Below, one piece after another: positions 17,644-30,770 of a stretch of DNA of 64,000 bases. The DNA is taken from IMG/VR virus record IMGVR_UViG_3300021426_000073, positions 48,064 to 112,063 of that record. One strand, 5' to 3'. Under the pieces are notes generated by a model. The model saw nothing but the letters and a program-made list of their open reading frames with translations. It ran no database searches and was not told the origin of the DNA. The stretch comes from a virus. Lineage: Duplodnaviria > Caudoviricetes. Position 1 is the stretch's first letter; each line of letters begins with the position of its first letter. A program made the translations under genes and the position numbers.

Positions 17644-20600
17644 TTACCTCTCTGCTGATGTTACTTTAGGTGGCACAAGATTGATGCCTACTGCTTTTTC
17701 TAAGCATTCCACACAATATGGTGTATTCTTAAAACCAGCCTTTACAATCACATCTTCTTCCTTGAATATCTTTCCACACTTTGAACACTTGATTGTTTTA
17801 AAATTATTTGCTACATAAGCTGCAAACTCTGAAATATTTTTCCACTCTTCTGGAGAATAATCCTTTGGTGGATTTTCAACTCCCCATTGTAATGCTTCTC
17901 TAATTATTTTATTTTCATTCATTTGTATTTCCTCCTTTAACAATAATATTTAATGCATTTTCCAACGCTTCTTTTGATTCTTCCCACATCTTAATGTCGC
18001 TATCCCATTTAGATGATTTGATTTTAGAATCACAAAACTTCTTTAATTGATTTAAATTAATAATTATATCTGATGTTTTCACTGATCTATCCTTTCGTTA
18101 AGTTCACAATTTTTGCATACGTAATATTTTGTACCACTAAGTTTACTAATATGCTTGTATGCTTTGGTGAAATAGAAATTTCCTCTGCACGTAGCACATT
18201 TATAATGAACCATAAATACTTTATTTTTCTTCATTTATTCACCGTCCTTTAAATACTCTACAATACTTTCAAATAAATAAATTATCTTTAGCTTTTCTTC
18301 CCAAGTTAATTCTTCATCGATAGCATCATTAATGCAAGATAATTGCATTAATACATCGGATGTTTTGCTATCGTAAATTTGTGATAAAGCCAACATTAAG
18401 TCTGCTTGTCCACCACTACTCATATTCCATATTGCATCTGCGATTTCTCTCGATGTTGGTACTATATTTACTTCTACATTTCTTGTTATCATTTATTTAT
18501 CCTCTTTAATCCACTTACTAAATATGTTATAGTAGTTGCCTTTGTTACCATATGCTTTCTTTGATATAGCCATTGCTAATCCTTTTTCTGGATCAAATTT
18601 TTCTCCATCAGCTTTTACTACTGTCTTTGTTCCGTCTTTCCAGAATACAATAGTAGCTGGCTTGTTAAATATAACTTTATCTATTTTCATTTTTCTTTCA
18701 TGAATAAAATCATCAAACCCATCAAAACCATTGTAAGTACCTACAATACTAATTCCTTCTATTCTTTCAAAATCTTTAGTTGGCATTTTTTCATTCTCCT
18801 TATTCTCTATTACTGTCAAAATCTATGAACGATGGATAATCCTCGCCCATGTCTACTACAACAATAACAGCTCCATTATTCTTGTATTTTTCGCACCATT
18901 CTTTACGAATATCAATGAATTTGTCAGACGTTGTCCATCCGTTTTTAGAACAATCACCCTGAATCATAAATGTATACTCTGCATTACAAGGGCTAGTCAT
19001 TATAGGACCTACTATGTCTATATCGAATGGCTCGATTACTTTATTAAATGTCTTAATGGCATCGTCTCTTAATTTTGTTATCTCATCGAGATTCCAATGA
19101 TGCACTAATGTTACTCTGTTTCTAATTGTTCCCATTATTACTTTCCTCCTTATCATTTTTTATAGGACACCATTTAGGTTCACTATTAAGATGATTTCTT
19201 AACTTTGGTTTAAATGAACATATGACAAATTTGCTATTTTCAATATTGCCATATTTTGGATGAACTATATATCTATATTTGCATTCACTACAATTCATTT
19301 AATTACTTTCCTCACTTTCTGATTGTCTTTGCAAGGCATCATAATAGCCCTTATCATAAGCCTTTTCTAATGCATACGCCTGTTGGGTAGCTGTTACCCA
19401 TTTCTTTGTAACATCTTCGCCATATCTGGTATAGTAAATAGCGTGAAGATACGCTGTTGCTATTACCATAGGTGGCATTTTAGATAATTCATCTATTAAC
19501 AGTTTGCTTTTATTATTCATTTAATCAATTCCTCCATACAGTAATAACATCTATTCACAGTACAAGTATTCTGTAAAATATACCATTGATTACATTTTTT
19601 ACAAAAGTAATAATACATTTACTCACTCTCCCTTAAATTAAGTATTCCAAAGTGTTAGGTATAGTATTTCATGCCTATTAATTTCTTTGCTTTTAAAAGG
19701 AAACTTTTTACATATAGGGCACAATATAGTGTCATAGCAATCCTCGTCATCTAGTCCATCACCTGTCCAATGACTGTCTGTGCTTATTCCGTATACTTCA
19801 TCACCTAAATCTTCAATTTCTGCCAACCTATCTCCATCAGACCCATCATATTGAAACTCGTTAATAAGCACATTGGTTATTTCTTGTCCGCAATTATTAC
19901 ACTTCATCTCTTATTCTCCTTTTCATTTCCACTCCACAATTAGGACAAAAGTTTTCTGTTCCTTTTAAATTCCAATCACCAACTTTACAACAAGAACACA
20001 TATAAGCTCCTTCGTCATCTGCTTGTAATGGATGTACTTTTATCCAATGTCCTGTCTTTGACTTTTGCTCTAATGCTTGAACTGCAATGTCAAGTGCTTC
20101 TTTCGCCTGTGGGAGTAGGTTTGCAAAATAACAATGCTCTTTTATATTCTTGATTGCTTCTTTATTATCCATTTAATCACTCTCCATTTCCGCACCACAT
20201 TTAGGACAATATTTGTAGCCAAAGAAATCAGTATGCATTGTAAATCCACAATTTGAGCATTTCCAATCTATATTGTATCCATTGTCTACTGTATGCATTT
20301 TCCATTTCGCCTTTTTATGATTTTTATCGCATCCTATCTTTGACTCTGTTGAATACTTTTTCATGAATCCAACAATCCACTTTGTAAATGGTATCTCCAC
20401 TGGCTCTGACGGATATGTGTGCTCTTTCCATAACGTGTTTTCATTTACGATATGTTCTCCCCAAGGAAGATACCTTGAATGTGACCATACAAACCCTATA
20501 TCTTTATCCCAATTCGCATAATAGAAGTTGTCGAGCCTTTGACCAATCCAATAATCGTCTATTGATTCAACATAATAAAATTTCAATTCGTTTTCATCGT

Positions 20601-22925
20601 CTTTTCTTGGCTCTTGCTCTAATGCTTTAATAATAATTTCAGTAACATCATCTTGTATGGTATGGTCACAATTAGGATATTTTATACATTCCTCACAAAC
20701 TTCCGAATGATAATCGCTACTTGCTTTTAAACAATACAATGCTAATTTTCTTTCTTCATCTGTCATTTAATCACTCTCCTTTACTTACATTGTATAAGGT
20801 TTTAATATTCATACAATGAAATTACTTTTTCTACTACATTATCATTTTCATCAAGCACATCTTCTTCAAAACAGCCTATTATTTCATCTTGCTCCTTTAC
20901 ACTACACCTTCCGTGTGAATACAACATCACTCGTTGATTTTCATCATACTTTTTCAACTCTTTAATTAATTCTCCTACTGTCATTCCTTATTCCTCACTT
21001 TCTACCTTATCAGCAATGATTGCAAGGCTTTTGGATATATCTGCAAGCATTGTAGCAATTGCACCAAGCGAAAATGCTACTTTTTCCTCATAAGTTCCAG
21101 ATGGCTCGCATTGCACTCTTCTATCCATTTCATTAACAACCATTCTATTTTCTTCAAGTCTTGTCATGCCTACACCTCACTTTCCTTATCTGCTTCAATT
21201 ATTGTTGGAGCATCATCAATGTCAGCCATTTCATCATCATATTGACAAGCTCTGCATCTGACTCCATTAATACTGTTGCAATCTATACATCTTGATTTTT
21301 TTATCTGTTCAATTAAAGCATCAGCATCAATCAATCTTCCGTGACTCTTTGGAAGTGGTGTGCCATTTGCAATTGTATATACAGCGATATTTCTAATACT
21401 GCAAAGTCTAGTATTACCAATCTTTATATCATTATAATCTTCTTCATTTATATCAATTACTATCTGCATCGGTTTCCTCACTTTCTGCCTTCATCCTTTC
21501 GTATAAGATTTCCTTGGAACAATTACCGTCCTCATATAACCAACAAGCGTCACAACCAGATGGTTGGTCAGATATATTATCACAAAGGACTTCAACTAAA
21601 TTCTTTAATTCGCTAATTTTTTCTTTATCTGTCATATTATTCCTCACTTTCTGCCTTGTGGCTCGTATTCTTATATTACAGTACATTTAACAAAATCTGC
21701 ATCAATCTCAAATATATCGCTATATATGTCTGCATCTTCATCATCACAAATTATCAGTTTTTGTTTGGCATCTCCTTTGTGCATTACTTCTATTTTCCAA
21801 ATGCCCTTGCCGTCTTTACCATATTCAACATGGATAATCGTGTCATCTGTAAACAAGATGCGAACCACCGAATCGAAGCATCCTATTTCATCGTAGGGAT
21901 ATATATTTTGCTCTGTTTCAATTTCCACTAAATCATCTGACATTCCATATACTTTAGTTTTCATTTAATCACCTACTTTCTAAATATTGGATACAATGCC
22001 CCAACAGACATTCCTATAATCATTAATGCTATTAATATCTTCATACTATCTCCTTCGAAAAACATCATCGTTTATTTGCTTATCACTCCTACTTGCAGCT
22101 CTTGCGTATAATGTTTTTACACAATTATGTGGATTGCCATTACACTTCTTAGCATCGTTACAAGCACCACCATGACAATAATAAATCACACCTTTATCTG
22201 TTGGTATTTCCTCATAACGTGGGCAATGTTTACCCATTAAATTTACTGGCTTGTTTGGATTATGCCTAGGTTTTCCTTTTCCCATTTGCTTTATCTCCTA
22301 ATAGTTTTTTCTAAAAAATGAATTAAATCTTCTTGCGTTGTATATCCTGTAACTGTTAATTCAACTGGATCATTTAACTTTCTTGTAGTTGTTATATTAT
22401 TTATCATTGAAAGTGATGGGCAATCTTTTTCGTTATCTTGAAATAATTTATGTACTGTTGTTAAAGTTTCACCATCAACACTTATTGTTAAATCATAAAA
22501 TATATCTTTCATTATTCGTCACCTCTTTCTGGATAGAATACTTTACAATGCATTCCACTATTAAGAATAATTCTATTAGTTCTGTCTAACCCTTCCGATG
22601 TGACATCAACCATCGTCGTAGAATTATCAAACGGCATATATTCAGGACTTGATACTAAAGATACTAAATCATAAGTTGACATTTTCTTTCTTTTTGATTT
22701 GTTGATTTTTAAGAAGTTATCAAACTCGTACTTACAACTAGGACATAAGTCCATTTCTTCGCACTTTTCTCCCTCGTAATACATATTAGTTTTTTTGGCT
22801 TTTGTAGGAGTTATCAAGCGAAAAGATTCTTCACACTCTGAACCACATCTATCACAAATACATACTTTTTTAATCATTTGTTTCACCTCTTTGAATTTTG
22901 TCTTGCAACTCCGCACAAGAATCAA
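17644..22925 (-). other. Array of about 20 small hypothetical genes, several with Zn ribbons
   Basis: Tightly packed ORFs with RBS, e.g. 17644-17943, 18235-18492, 18493-18819, 18800-19156, 19299-19520, 19638-19907, 19897-20172, 20173-20766, 21170-21481, 21671-21964, 22046-22285, 22291-22512, 22512-22925. Confidence 0.7.
20802..20984 (-). CDS. Hypothetical protein, paralog of 44321-44503
   Basis: MTVGELIKELKKYDE.QRVMLYSHGRC...VISLYEY in both copies. Confidence 0.75.
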   Translation of the reverse strand: MTVGELIKELKKYDENQRVMLYSHGRCSVKEQDEIIGCFEEDVLDENDNVVEKVISLYEY

Positions 22926-23634
22926 TTAACTCTTTAGCTTCAGTATTATCATCAGTTACAATGGCGTTGTTTTCAAGTACCTTTATTAACTTATCAATAT
23001 CTTGTTGCTTATCAATATCGCAAGTGTAATCATTGATAGCATGATATGAATAATAATCAATATGATTTAATGGATAATTTGTAATTACTTGCCATAATTC
23101 CCACGCTATCGGATGTCTTTTGAACTTGCCCTGTTCCTTATATAACTTGGTTTGCTCTATAGCCTTTTTAAATTTTTCTGTATCATTAACTTTAAAAGCA
23201 AAAGGTTCTGCCCAAGGTTTAATATAATCTTCTGAAAATGGTGGGGCAGATGCAAAAAACTGTATATCATATACTTCAGTTTCAACAATAGTTTTGATTG
23301 CGTTTTCTGAAAAGTATACATCTCCAAAGAGATAGCACACTGGTTCTTCTGTTAGCATAAACGCATCTACATAATACCCAGTTATTTTATTTTCTGGCGT
23401 AACAGTAAATTCATTTTTACGATGAATAACTTCACAAGGAAGATAATCAAAGTAATCATATGTGGCTGGATCTAAACTAGTAGTTACTGCTATGTCAGTA
23501 GCTCCATATTTTTTTAATAATCTAATAGTTCTTTCAACTAAAACTTCATCATTTATTTTTGATAATTGTCTAGGCTTATCCCATCTAGTATAATTACCGC
23601 CACACATAATTAAATATTTACAATTCAATTTCAT
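22870..23634 (-). CDS. Nucleotidyltransferase (NTP-transferase, LicC-like)
   Basis: IMCGG..TRW..PRQL..I..EVLVERTIRLL; LFGDVYFS; CDID. Confidence 0.7.
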   Translation of the reverse strand: MKLNCKYLIMCGGNYTRWDKPRQLSKINDEVLVERTIRLLKKYGATDIAVTTSLDPATYDYFDYLPCEVIHRKNEFTVTPENKITGYYVDAFMLTEEPVCYLFGDVYFSENAIKTIVETEVYDIQFFASAPPFSEDYIKPWAEPFAFKVNDTEKFKKAIEQTKLYKEQGKFKRHPIAWELWQVITNYPLNHIDYYSYHAINDYTCDIDKQQDIDKLIKVLENNAIVTDDNTEAKELIDSCAELQDKIQRGETND

Positions 23635-24307
23635 TCACCTCTCTTAATATATTTGATAAAGTGCAATTCTGTTTTAACACTTCTTCTCTGCTTAAAGATT
23701 TGTAATTAACAGGTGTCCAAGAATTATGAAGAACAAACATATCCACATCGTTAACATCTTCTAAAATGTAATTACGATTGAAATAAAAATCGATATAATT
23801 GCTTCGACTTGTTCCACCTTCAATCATTGTTAATTCTGGTCTGCATTTTTCGATAGGATATATCTTAACCTCTTTGTGGCTAGGTACATATGTATCAGTA
23901 AACATATTAACTAACACGGACCAGTGTTTTGAATGATTAGGATTAGCAATAGTTTTGTCCTGATATTTAGCCCATTCGATAAAGAAGTCTTTAGCTTCTT
24001 CTGTATAATGAGATACACCAGTCGAATGAGTTCTCTTTGTAACGTCACCAATTACGTTTTCTTCAATTAATTTACCAGTTGCTATAATAGTATCAGCATC
24101 CAACCAATAACCGCCGTGATCACGTAATACGTGTGCTCTAACAGCATCCGACACTTGTGGTAAAGTGAATGTCTTCACTCCTTTAATATCTATGTCTGTA
24201 TACTGTAATAAGTTACTATAATTTAAAATAGTGAAATCAAACTTCCAAGTATCTAGGCATAGTTTAATATAGTCAGGCATCTTGCCTTCCCAAAAAGTAA
24301 AAATCAT
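23618..24307 (-). CDS. DxD glycosyltransferase (capsular polysaccharide synthesis/GT32-like)
   Basis: FTFWEG..PDYIKLC..TW; SDAVR..VL..HGGYWLDAD. Confidence 0.8.
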   Translation of the reverse strand: MIFTFWEGKMPDYIKLCLDTWKFDFTILNYSNLLQYTDIDIKGVKTFTLPQVSDAVRAHVLRDHGGYWLDADTIIATGKLIEENVIGDVTKRTHSTGVSHYTEEAKDFFIEWAKYQDKTIANPNHSKHWSVLVNMFTDTYVPSHKEVKIYPIEKCRPELTMIEGGTSRSNYIDFYFNRNYILEDVNDVDMFVLHNSWTPVNYKSLSREEVLKQNCTLSNILREVNEIEL

Positions 24308-24360
24308 ACTATTCTCCTTTTTTTATATAGTCTATCGTGTTTAAATGTACTTAAATGTAG

Positions 24361-25602
24361 TTAAACTACATTATTAAGCCAATATATTTTATTATATTTC
24401 CAAAGTAACTTACATTTTTTAGCATTAACCTTTTTACAATGCTTTGTAGGACTTTGGAAATTCAAAGCATTTAGTTCGGGATATAGGGCTGTAACATAGC
24501 CTCTATGCGTTTCTCCATTTTTGAATGTGTATTCCACTAAATCTCTATGCTTGATACCTAAAACATTATCTGTATTTGCTTTGCTTTGCCTACGCATAGG
24601 TTTAATAATCCACTCTTTAATATCCGTAGTATCAGGTTTTAAGTTTGTAATACAGACAGCGTCGTTTGAATGTGATTTATCTATATCCCAATCAATACGC
24701 TTATTTGCGGTATCGCCACCATTAGTTAAATACAAAGTACCAAGTTCAGATAATTGTTTTCTTAACCAAGTTTTACCTATCATTACGTGTTGTGCATAAT
24801 TAAGTTTTTTTGTATCATAAGTAAAAAGCATATCGAAATAATGTTGCATATACTGTTCTTCTTTACCTTCTGTCTTTTGATGGCATTTGCTACATAAAGT
24901 AATCATATTATCAAAAGTGTTAGAACCATTTAATCTTCGTGGTTTAATATGATGTACTTCAAGTTTAGTATTAGTTTTACCACATTCCATACACTTATAA
25001 TTATCTCTAAAGATTACCGCTTTACGTATGTTTTCATCTAATCTATTAGATTTTTGATACTTCCACCTATAAGGTTTGTATCCATCAGTTAATGCTCTTA
25101 TATCTATCGCAACATCTTCAAGCCAATAAGAATTAATATTGATCCATTTATTAAGTTGGTTGACAACTCTTAATGTTGCTTGACGTTTTTGTAATATACT
25201 AGGAGCGATACGTTCTTTTCTTTTTAAAGATTTACGATTATTAAATCTAGCTTCACGATACCTTTTATGGTATCTATGGTATCTTCTATAACCTCTACGT
25301 AATTCCATTAAATGCTTTACATCATTTCTTTGTTCTATTGTTCCTTTGAACAATGTTTTGTTTTTAGTCTTGCATTTCTGCACTATTGCAATACCTACGT
25401 GTAAACCACCATCATCTATACCACATCGTATTTCATCTTTGCATATTTCATCATCAGGTATAGTGCGTTTAAGTTGTATCACCATAGGATACTTACTAAC
25501 TAATTTAGCCTTACCTTTTCGAATCATATACCATGCCTTTGTTTCTTTTGTTGGTGATAATGGTTTTCCATCAGCATCCAATACAAATGCATAATTTGTC
25601 AT
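24361..25602 (-). CDS. iscB: RNA-guided endonuclease IscB
   Basis: PLMP-like N-terminus ([12 protein letters not shown]), RuvC-I GIDDG, Arg-rich bridge helix, RuvC-II LEDV, HNH CMECG..EVHH..GSN..N..LCSKCH, RuvC-III SHSNDA. Confidence 0.93.
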   Translation of the reverse strand: MTNYAFVLDADGKPLSPTKETKAWYMIRKGKAKLVSKYPMVIQLKRTIPDDEICKDEIRCGIDDGGLHVGIAIVQKCKTKNKTLFKGTIEQRNDVKHLMELRRGYRRYHRYHKRYREARFNNRKSLKRKERIAPSILQKRQATLRVVNQLNKWININSYWLEDVAIDIRALTDGYKPYRWKYQKSNRLDENIRKAVIFRDNYKCMECGKTNTKLEVHHIKPRRLNGSNTFDNMITLCSKCHQKTEGKEEQYMQHYFDMLFTYDTKKLNYAQHVMIGKTWLRKQLSELGTLYLTNGGDTANKRIDWDIDKSHSNDAVCITNLKPDTTDIKEWIIKPMRRQSKANTDNVLGIKHRDLVEYTFKNGETHRGYVTALYPELNALNFQSPTKHCKKVNAKKCKLLWKYNKIYWLNNVV

Positions 25603-25607
25603 TTCTG

Positions 25608-25860
25608 ACCACCTTCCTTTCGGAGTATTTTTCTTCTTGCCAATGTCGGATAGAGGATATGTGTTTCTCTGTTATCATCGCAGGGCATTAGCGATGTTTC
25701 TTGATTGGCACTCACAGAGCTTCAGACTGAAGATTACATCTAAAGGTGTGTATTTACCTTACTATCTAACGTAGTTCATATCTGCAACATACCTTTCGGC
25801 AGTAGCAGTCACTTAGGCTTGAAACCTACTGTTAAGTCCATATCTCAAAAGACTTATTGT
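25608..25860 (-). ncRNA. IscB omegaRNA (HEARO-like); 5' end uncertain
   Basis: Non-coding structured region upstream of iscB with AGCCTAAGTG..ACTACGTT..CAGTCTGAAGCTCTG..ACATTGGCAAGAAG..CCGAAAGG elements. Confidence 0.8.
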
Positions 25861-25904
25861 GCCCACTTTCGAGTATGCTTAATCACATATTTCTATGTTT
25901 TTGG

Positions 25905-26096
25905 TCACTTAACAGTTAGTCCCATCATATAAACTTTTATAATATCTTCAATGGGCTTAATTGTCCCATCGTATAAACTTTTATAATATCTGTATTTAGG
26001 TAATTGCAGCAATTTACTTCTAATAGAGCAATCTTGAATAACAGTTCTGTCCACAAAGTATTCTTGCAACAACTTTCTACAAGGACATTCAATCAT
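25905..26096 (-). CDS. Hypothetical protein
   Basis: GGAG RBS preceded by an exact 15-bp motif copy. Confidence 0.5.
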   Translation of the reverse strand: MIECPCRKLLQEYFVDRTVIQDCSIRSKLLQLPKYRYYKSLYDGTIKPIEDIIKVYMMGLTVK

Positions 26097-26169
26097 ATTT
26101 TTTCTCCAAATGAATTTTGTCTAGTTTGTTTGTAAAAAAGAATCACTCTGTATAGAGCAATTTAGATTA

Positions 26170-26223
26170 TGAATTTCGTCTAGTTAACTATAATAATTAT
26201 ACCATATCTGGTAAGAATGTAAA
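26170..26223 (-). promoter_or_regulatory. Extended -10 sigma-A promoter with a downstream motif copy
   Basis: TTTACA, 16 bp, TATAAT preceded by TG; motif at 26170-26184. Confidence 0.65.
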
Positions 26224-26225
26224 TA

Positions 26226-26335
26226 GCAAATAAGCAAGTTCGTGAATTGCTCATGATTAAAATCATAAGCTTCCTAGTCAATATTCCTAACGGAACAAGT
26301 TTACCTAGGCTATCTCTGTGATTCCCACAGTTGTC
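26226..26335 (-). ncRNA. TnpB omegaRNA (scaffold plus guide from flank)
   Basis: Overlaps tnpB 3' end and RE hairpin; predicted guide GAACTTGCTTATTTGC. Confidence 0.7.
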
Positions 26336-27470
26336 ATCCTCAAACCTTCGTTGAGAATATTTATTGCAGCATTTATATCTCTTTCATGATGTATACCACA
26401 AATAGGGCAAGTCCATTCTCTAATAGATAAAGTTTTCTTACCGTCTTTATATCCACAACTAGAACATATTTGACTCGAAGGATACCATGTATCAATTTTT
26501 ATAATTTCACGACCATACCATTCAGCCTTATATTCTAATTGTCTTACAAATTCACTCCAAGATACATCTGCTATTGCTTTTGCTAAATTATGATTTCGCA
26601 TCATATTTTTAACCTTAAGACTTTCTAGTACTATAACTTGATTTTCGTTAATTAGTTTTTTAGAAAGTTTGTGTAAAAAATCTTTTCTTTGGTTAGTTAT
26701 CTTTTCATACTGCCTTGCAACTTTTATTCTACATTTTTCTCTGTTTTTACTATCTTTCTTACATCGAGATAAATCCTTTTGCAGTTTCCTCAATTTTTTC
26801 TCTGCTTTTAGAAAATACTTTGGATTATTTATTAACTCTCCGTTAGAAGTAATAGCAAATTCTTTTATACCAAGATCTATTCCTATTTTGTTTTTATTTG
26901 CAGATAATTTATGTTGTTCCATAGTATCTACTAAAACAGAAACAAAATACTTTCCAGATGGATTTTGAGAAATTGTAACCGATTTTATTACTCCGTTAAA
27001 ATCTCTATGCTTCTTTACTTTAACTAATCCAATTTTAGGTAACTTGATATACTTGTTGGTTATTCTTATATTATCTTTTTGGTTATTTGTAGTATAAGAA
27101 TTATAATGATTCTTCTTACTTTTAAATTTAGGATGACCAACTTCAGGTCTTTTAAAGAAGTTATTGTAAGCAGTTTGCAAATTTAGTTGAGCATTTGCTA
27201 ACGCTAGCGAATCAACTTCCTTAAGCCAAGTAAATTCTTTTTTATATTGAGCAGGAGTATTGTTAAGCTTTTGTTTTGTTTGTTTATAATATTCAATTTT
27301 GTCTGCAAGCATTTTATTGTATATAAAACGAACGCACCCAAAGCATTTGGAAAAATATATCTGCTGTTCCTTGTTTGGATACAATCTATATTTATAAGCT
27401 TTAAGCATAAACAACTCCTTTCTGTAAACGTTCATTAACTCATGACTAAAGTCACAAGTATGCTTTCACA
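26242..27470 (-). mobile_element. IS200/IS605-family (IS1341-type, tnpB-only) element
   Basis: TTGAT immediately 5' of left end (27475-27471); LE hairpin CTTGTGACTTTAGTCATGAG; RE hairpin CTTATGATTTTAATCATGAG ending TTCAC; no tnpA in window. Confidence 0.85.
26305..27408 (-). CDS. tnpB: RNA-guided endonuclease TnpB
   Basis: [34 protein letters not shown] Zn finger, RDINAAINI; probable start 27408 after AAAGGAG. Confidence 0.95.
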   Translation of the reverse strand: MLKAYKYRLYPNKEQQIYFSKCFGCVRFIYNKMLADKIEYYKQTKQKLNNTPAQYKKEFTWLKEVDSLALANAQLNLQTAYNNFFKRPEVGHPKFKSKKNHYNSYTTNNQKDNIRITNKYIKLPKIGLVKVKKHRDFNGVIKSVTISQNPSGKYFVSVLVDTMEQHKLSANKNKIGIDLGIKEFAITSNGELINNPKYFLKAEKKLRKLQKDLSRCKKDSKNREKCRIKVARQYEKITNQRKDFLHKLSKKLINENQVIVLESLKVKNMMRNHNLAKAIADVSWSEFVRQLEYKAEWYGREIIKIDTWYPSSQICSSCGYKDGKKTLSIREWTCPICGIHHERDINAAINILNEGLRMTTVGITEIA

Positions 27471-28701
27471 ATCAATTAATTCTTTTATCGTCATATACAA
27501 ACTCCCAACTTCTTATTGCATCACCACATATATCAGCAAGTGTATCTAAACATTCAATAGCGTAATCAAATGGTTCTGCATTAAATCCATCAATATTATA
27601 TTGATGTGCTATTTTCTCAAGTAATCTTCTTTGCTTTATCAGTTTTTGTTTATTGCTAACTAATTCATCATATACTACTCTCATATTTTATGCTCCTCTT
27701 CTAACAACCACTCACGCATATCCTTTTGACAAGTAGTTGAATTAAATCTACACTTGCTGCAAGGATATGTCTGCATGGCTTTTGCTCTTAATATTTCATA
27801 ATCGTCAGTAATACAATAGCTTTGCACTATCATATCGACAAAGTGTTCTTGATTAATTTGTACTATCTTCTCTAAGTTCGTCATGTTCTAACTCCGAAAT
27901 ACGATTGTAAATATCTTGATATGCAATTATTGCACCTTTATTCATATCTTCGTTCGCTAATCCGATATCTGATACTTCTCTTGCAAATAAAACTTTGCTT
28001 AAACTTTCTTTGATATCTTCTACAATTGCAATATACTTAACTTGTTCATTAAGAGTATCTTTAAGATTCTTATGGCTATAAGTATCTACAACAGTTTCAA
28101 GTTGTTCTTTCGTTAAGCCTACTTCTTTAATAATCTGTTCCAACGTCATCGATATCACACTCCTTAATTTTCCTTTATTTAATGTGAATGATAGCTTTCG
28201 CATTCTTTTTGATATTCTTCGTATTCTTCTAGTTTCTTTAATTTTTTTAGCACTTGAGCATCAGGTTCTATGCTATTAACTACATTTATAAGCATTTGTT
28301 TTATTATTGGAGCATTTTCAATCCATTCAATGTTGTCAAGACAATCAAGGCTTTTAATAACCTCTTGTCTGCTGATATAATCCGTAAATATTTTCATATT
28401 AATTCTCCTTATTCATTGCTTTGCTCATACTATTGTAATACCATTTTAATTCTTTAAATTCCTTATCTGACAATCCAACAACCTCTATACATTGAAGTTC
28501 TGTATTGTAAACAATTCTTAAATAATCATCGGCAGCAACGGCTTCAATATTTCCTACCTTTTCTTTGTGTGTATCAATATCAATAGCACATAATAATTCA
28601 CTTTCACTAGGACTACAAGTTGAATGGTTATAAATACCATAAGGTGCTCTGTATATATTTTCTTTTACTATACGTTTTGCTATTTCTAATTTATCTTTCA
28701 T

Positions 28702-29076
28702 TTAATTATCTCCTTTATATGGTTCTGGTAATGGAAACCAAGCAAGTGGCTCATATTCACAATCGTCTAAAACAAATTCATCCGTTTGCCAATGAGTGCC
28801 ATTCCACCAAGCAATATGCGGTTGATTGTTAGAAAATAAATATACGAGTACTTCTTTATTAACTTCAGGTAATCTGTCTTTTACAGAAACCCAAGAGTAT
28901 TTTTCTTTATATTTTTTCTTTATATTTTTTCTTTTTCTTAGGCATTGGTGGTACGTTTTTTGTAATGGTATATTTGTTTCAACAATTGGAGGGATTCCTT
29001 TTCCACTCTTTATATCTTCCCACAATCTTTTTTCTTCTAGCGTCGAGTAAATTGGTCTATAGGCTCCTTTTATCAT
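28702..29076 (-). CDS. DUF551-like phage protein
   Basis: WVSVKDRLPE...VLVY...AWFPLPEPY. Confidence 0.75.
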   Translation of the reverse strand: MIKGAYRPIYSTLEEKRLWEDIKSGKGIPPIVETNIPLQKTYHQCLRKRKNIKKKYKEKYSWVSVKDRLPEVNKEVLVYLFSNNQPHIAWWNGTHWQTDEFVLDDCEYEPLAWFPLPEPYKGDN

Positions 29077-30770
29077 AATAATTCTCCTTTTCTTTTGTAT
29101 TATCCACCTGATACACTTATCTTTTTGCCATCTTTTAACTTATATGTATTGAAAACCCATTTCGGATCAGTACAACGTGTTTCTTCAATGATGTCCTCTA
29201 CGGCTAAATAAACTTGATAAGGCAAAAAGCAATAAGCATTGCTAACCATTCTCTCGTTAAACATTAATATAGACTGTTCATCATCAAGCCACATCGAATT
29301 AGATAAATCCGTTAACTCTGTATATGGATTTCCCATAAAGTCTTTTTCTTTATTTACAACCTGTTGATGCCGTTCATTTATTAATCTTCTTGTAATCTTA
29401 TCAATAACTTCAAACATCCCCATTACATCATCAATTTCGCCCTCGTAACATCCGTCTTCATCTATTTCAATACCTTTAGATGTTATAAATTCTTCCCACT
29501 CTTGGTAGTATTCATTATTCCCGAATACTTGTTTGTTGTTTACGTATGTTCTATACGACATCTTGTTCTCCTTTGTTTAAAAATATATTTTGTCACACTC
29601 TTTTACGTAGAAAGACTTGCTAGCATTGCTTAAGTATCTATCTGCAAACCACTCTACGTCAGACATTGGGCACAATGAGAATTTTGAAAATTCTTCAGCC
29701 ACTTTTTTCTCCGCCTCTTCTTTAGTCAAAAATCTTTCACGGTCTGTATAAGTATATGGTTCTTGGTCACTACTATAACAATGGTCATTAAAGTATCTCC
29801 AATAAGCAATATAATGTTTTAATGCTATCATAACTATTTTTCTCCCATCTCCGCTCCACAGTTAGGGCAGAACTTAAAACCGCTCAATCCCATGTGTGCA
29901 TTGCAGACACTACATACTTTAGCCCCACCTATATTACTTTTCATCCAATGTCCTTTTTTAAGTGGTTTTAACTGAATAGCTCTAGTAAAGCCTAATTTAT
30001 CGGTTACGACCATTACTTTGTCATTTACAGACATACCATTACAAAGAATCGGTTCATCTATTCTAAAATCAGATAACATTTCATCATCAATAATTGCTAT
30101 ATATTTCATCTATATCACCTCTTATTATTAATTTTTTAACTTTAATATATTTACTATAACTACTTGATCTAAATCAGTTTGTTGTATGATTGAATCAATT
30201 AGTATATTGTAATTTTCTGATTTTAAAAAATCCAAACCAGTCTCTATTATGATACTTCCCCATCCTTGTTTACCTGTATTTTCTGTGAAATGATAACTAA
30301 TCATGTACTTATTAACTCTTTTCTTAAACATTATTAATTCTCCTCATAATTGTCTCGGATACCTTTAACGCATTCGTAACAGTTGCTTCCATCGGTTTCG
30401 GATTTATAAACACAAGTATCACACTTATTACTATTAGATTGAGCCTTTAAACTTGCAATTGCCATGTCTAAAGCTATTTGATAATCGAGTGGATACTCCC
30501 ATTCAATTTCGGCTTTTGCGACTTCTAATATTTCAATAGCTCTTTCATTTGTCATTTTAGTTATTCTCCTCATATTTAGGTGGTTTTAATTCAATTGTTT
30601 CAAATATTTCGCCACACGATTTACACCTATTCGGATAAAACCAAGGCTCTGTATGTATCATAAAATCTGGCATATCTAATATATTATAGCCATAAGCTAC
30701 TTCATCTTCTATTATTGCACCACAGTTTGAACAACGTGGTTTATATATTATTCTGCACATTCATATCTCC

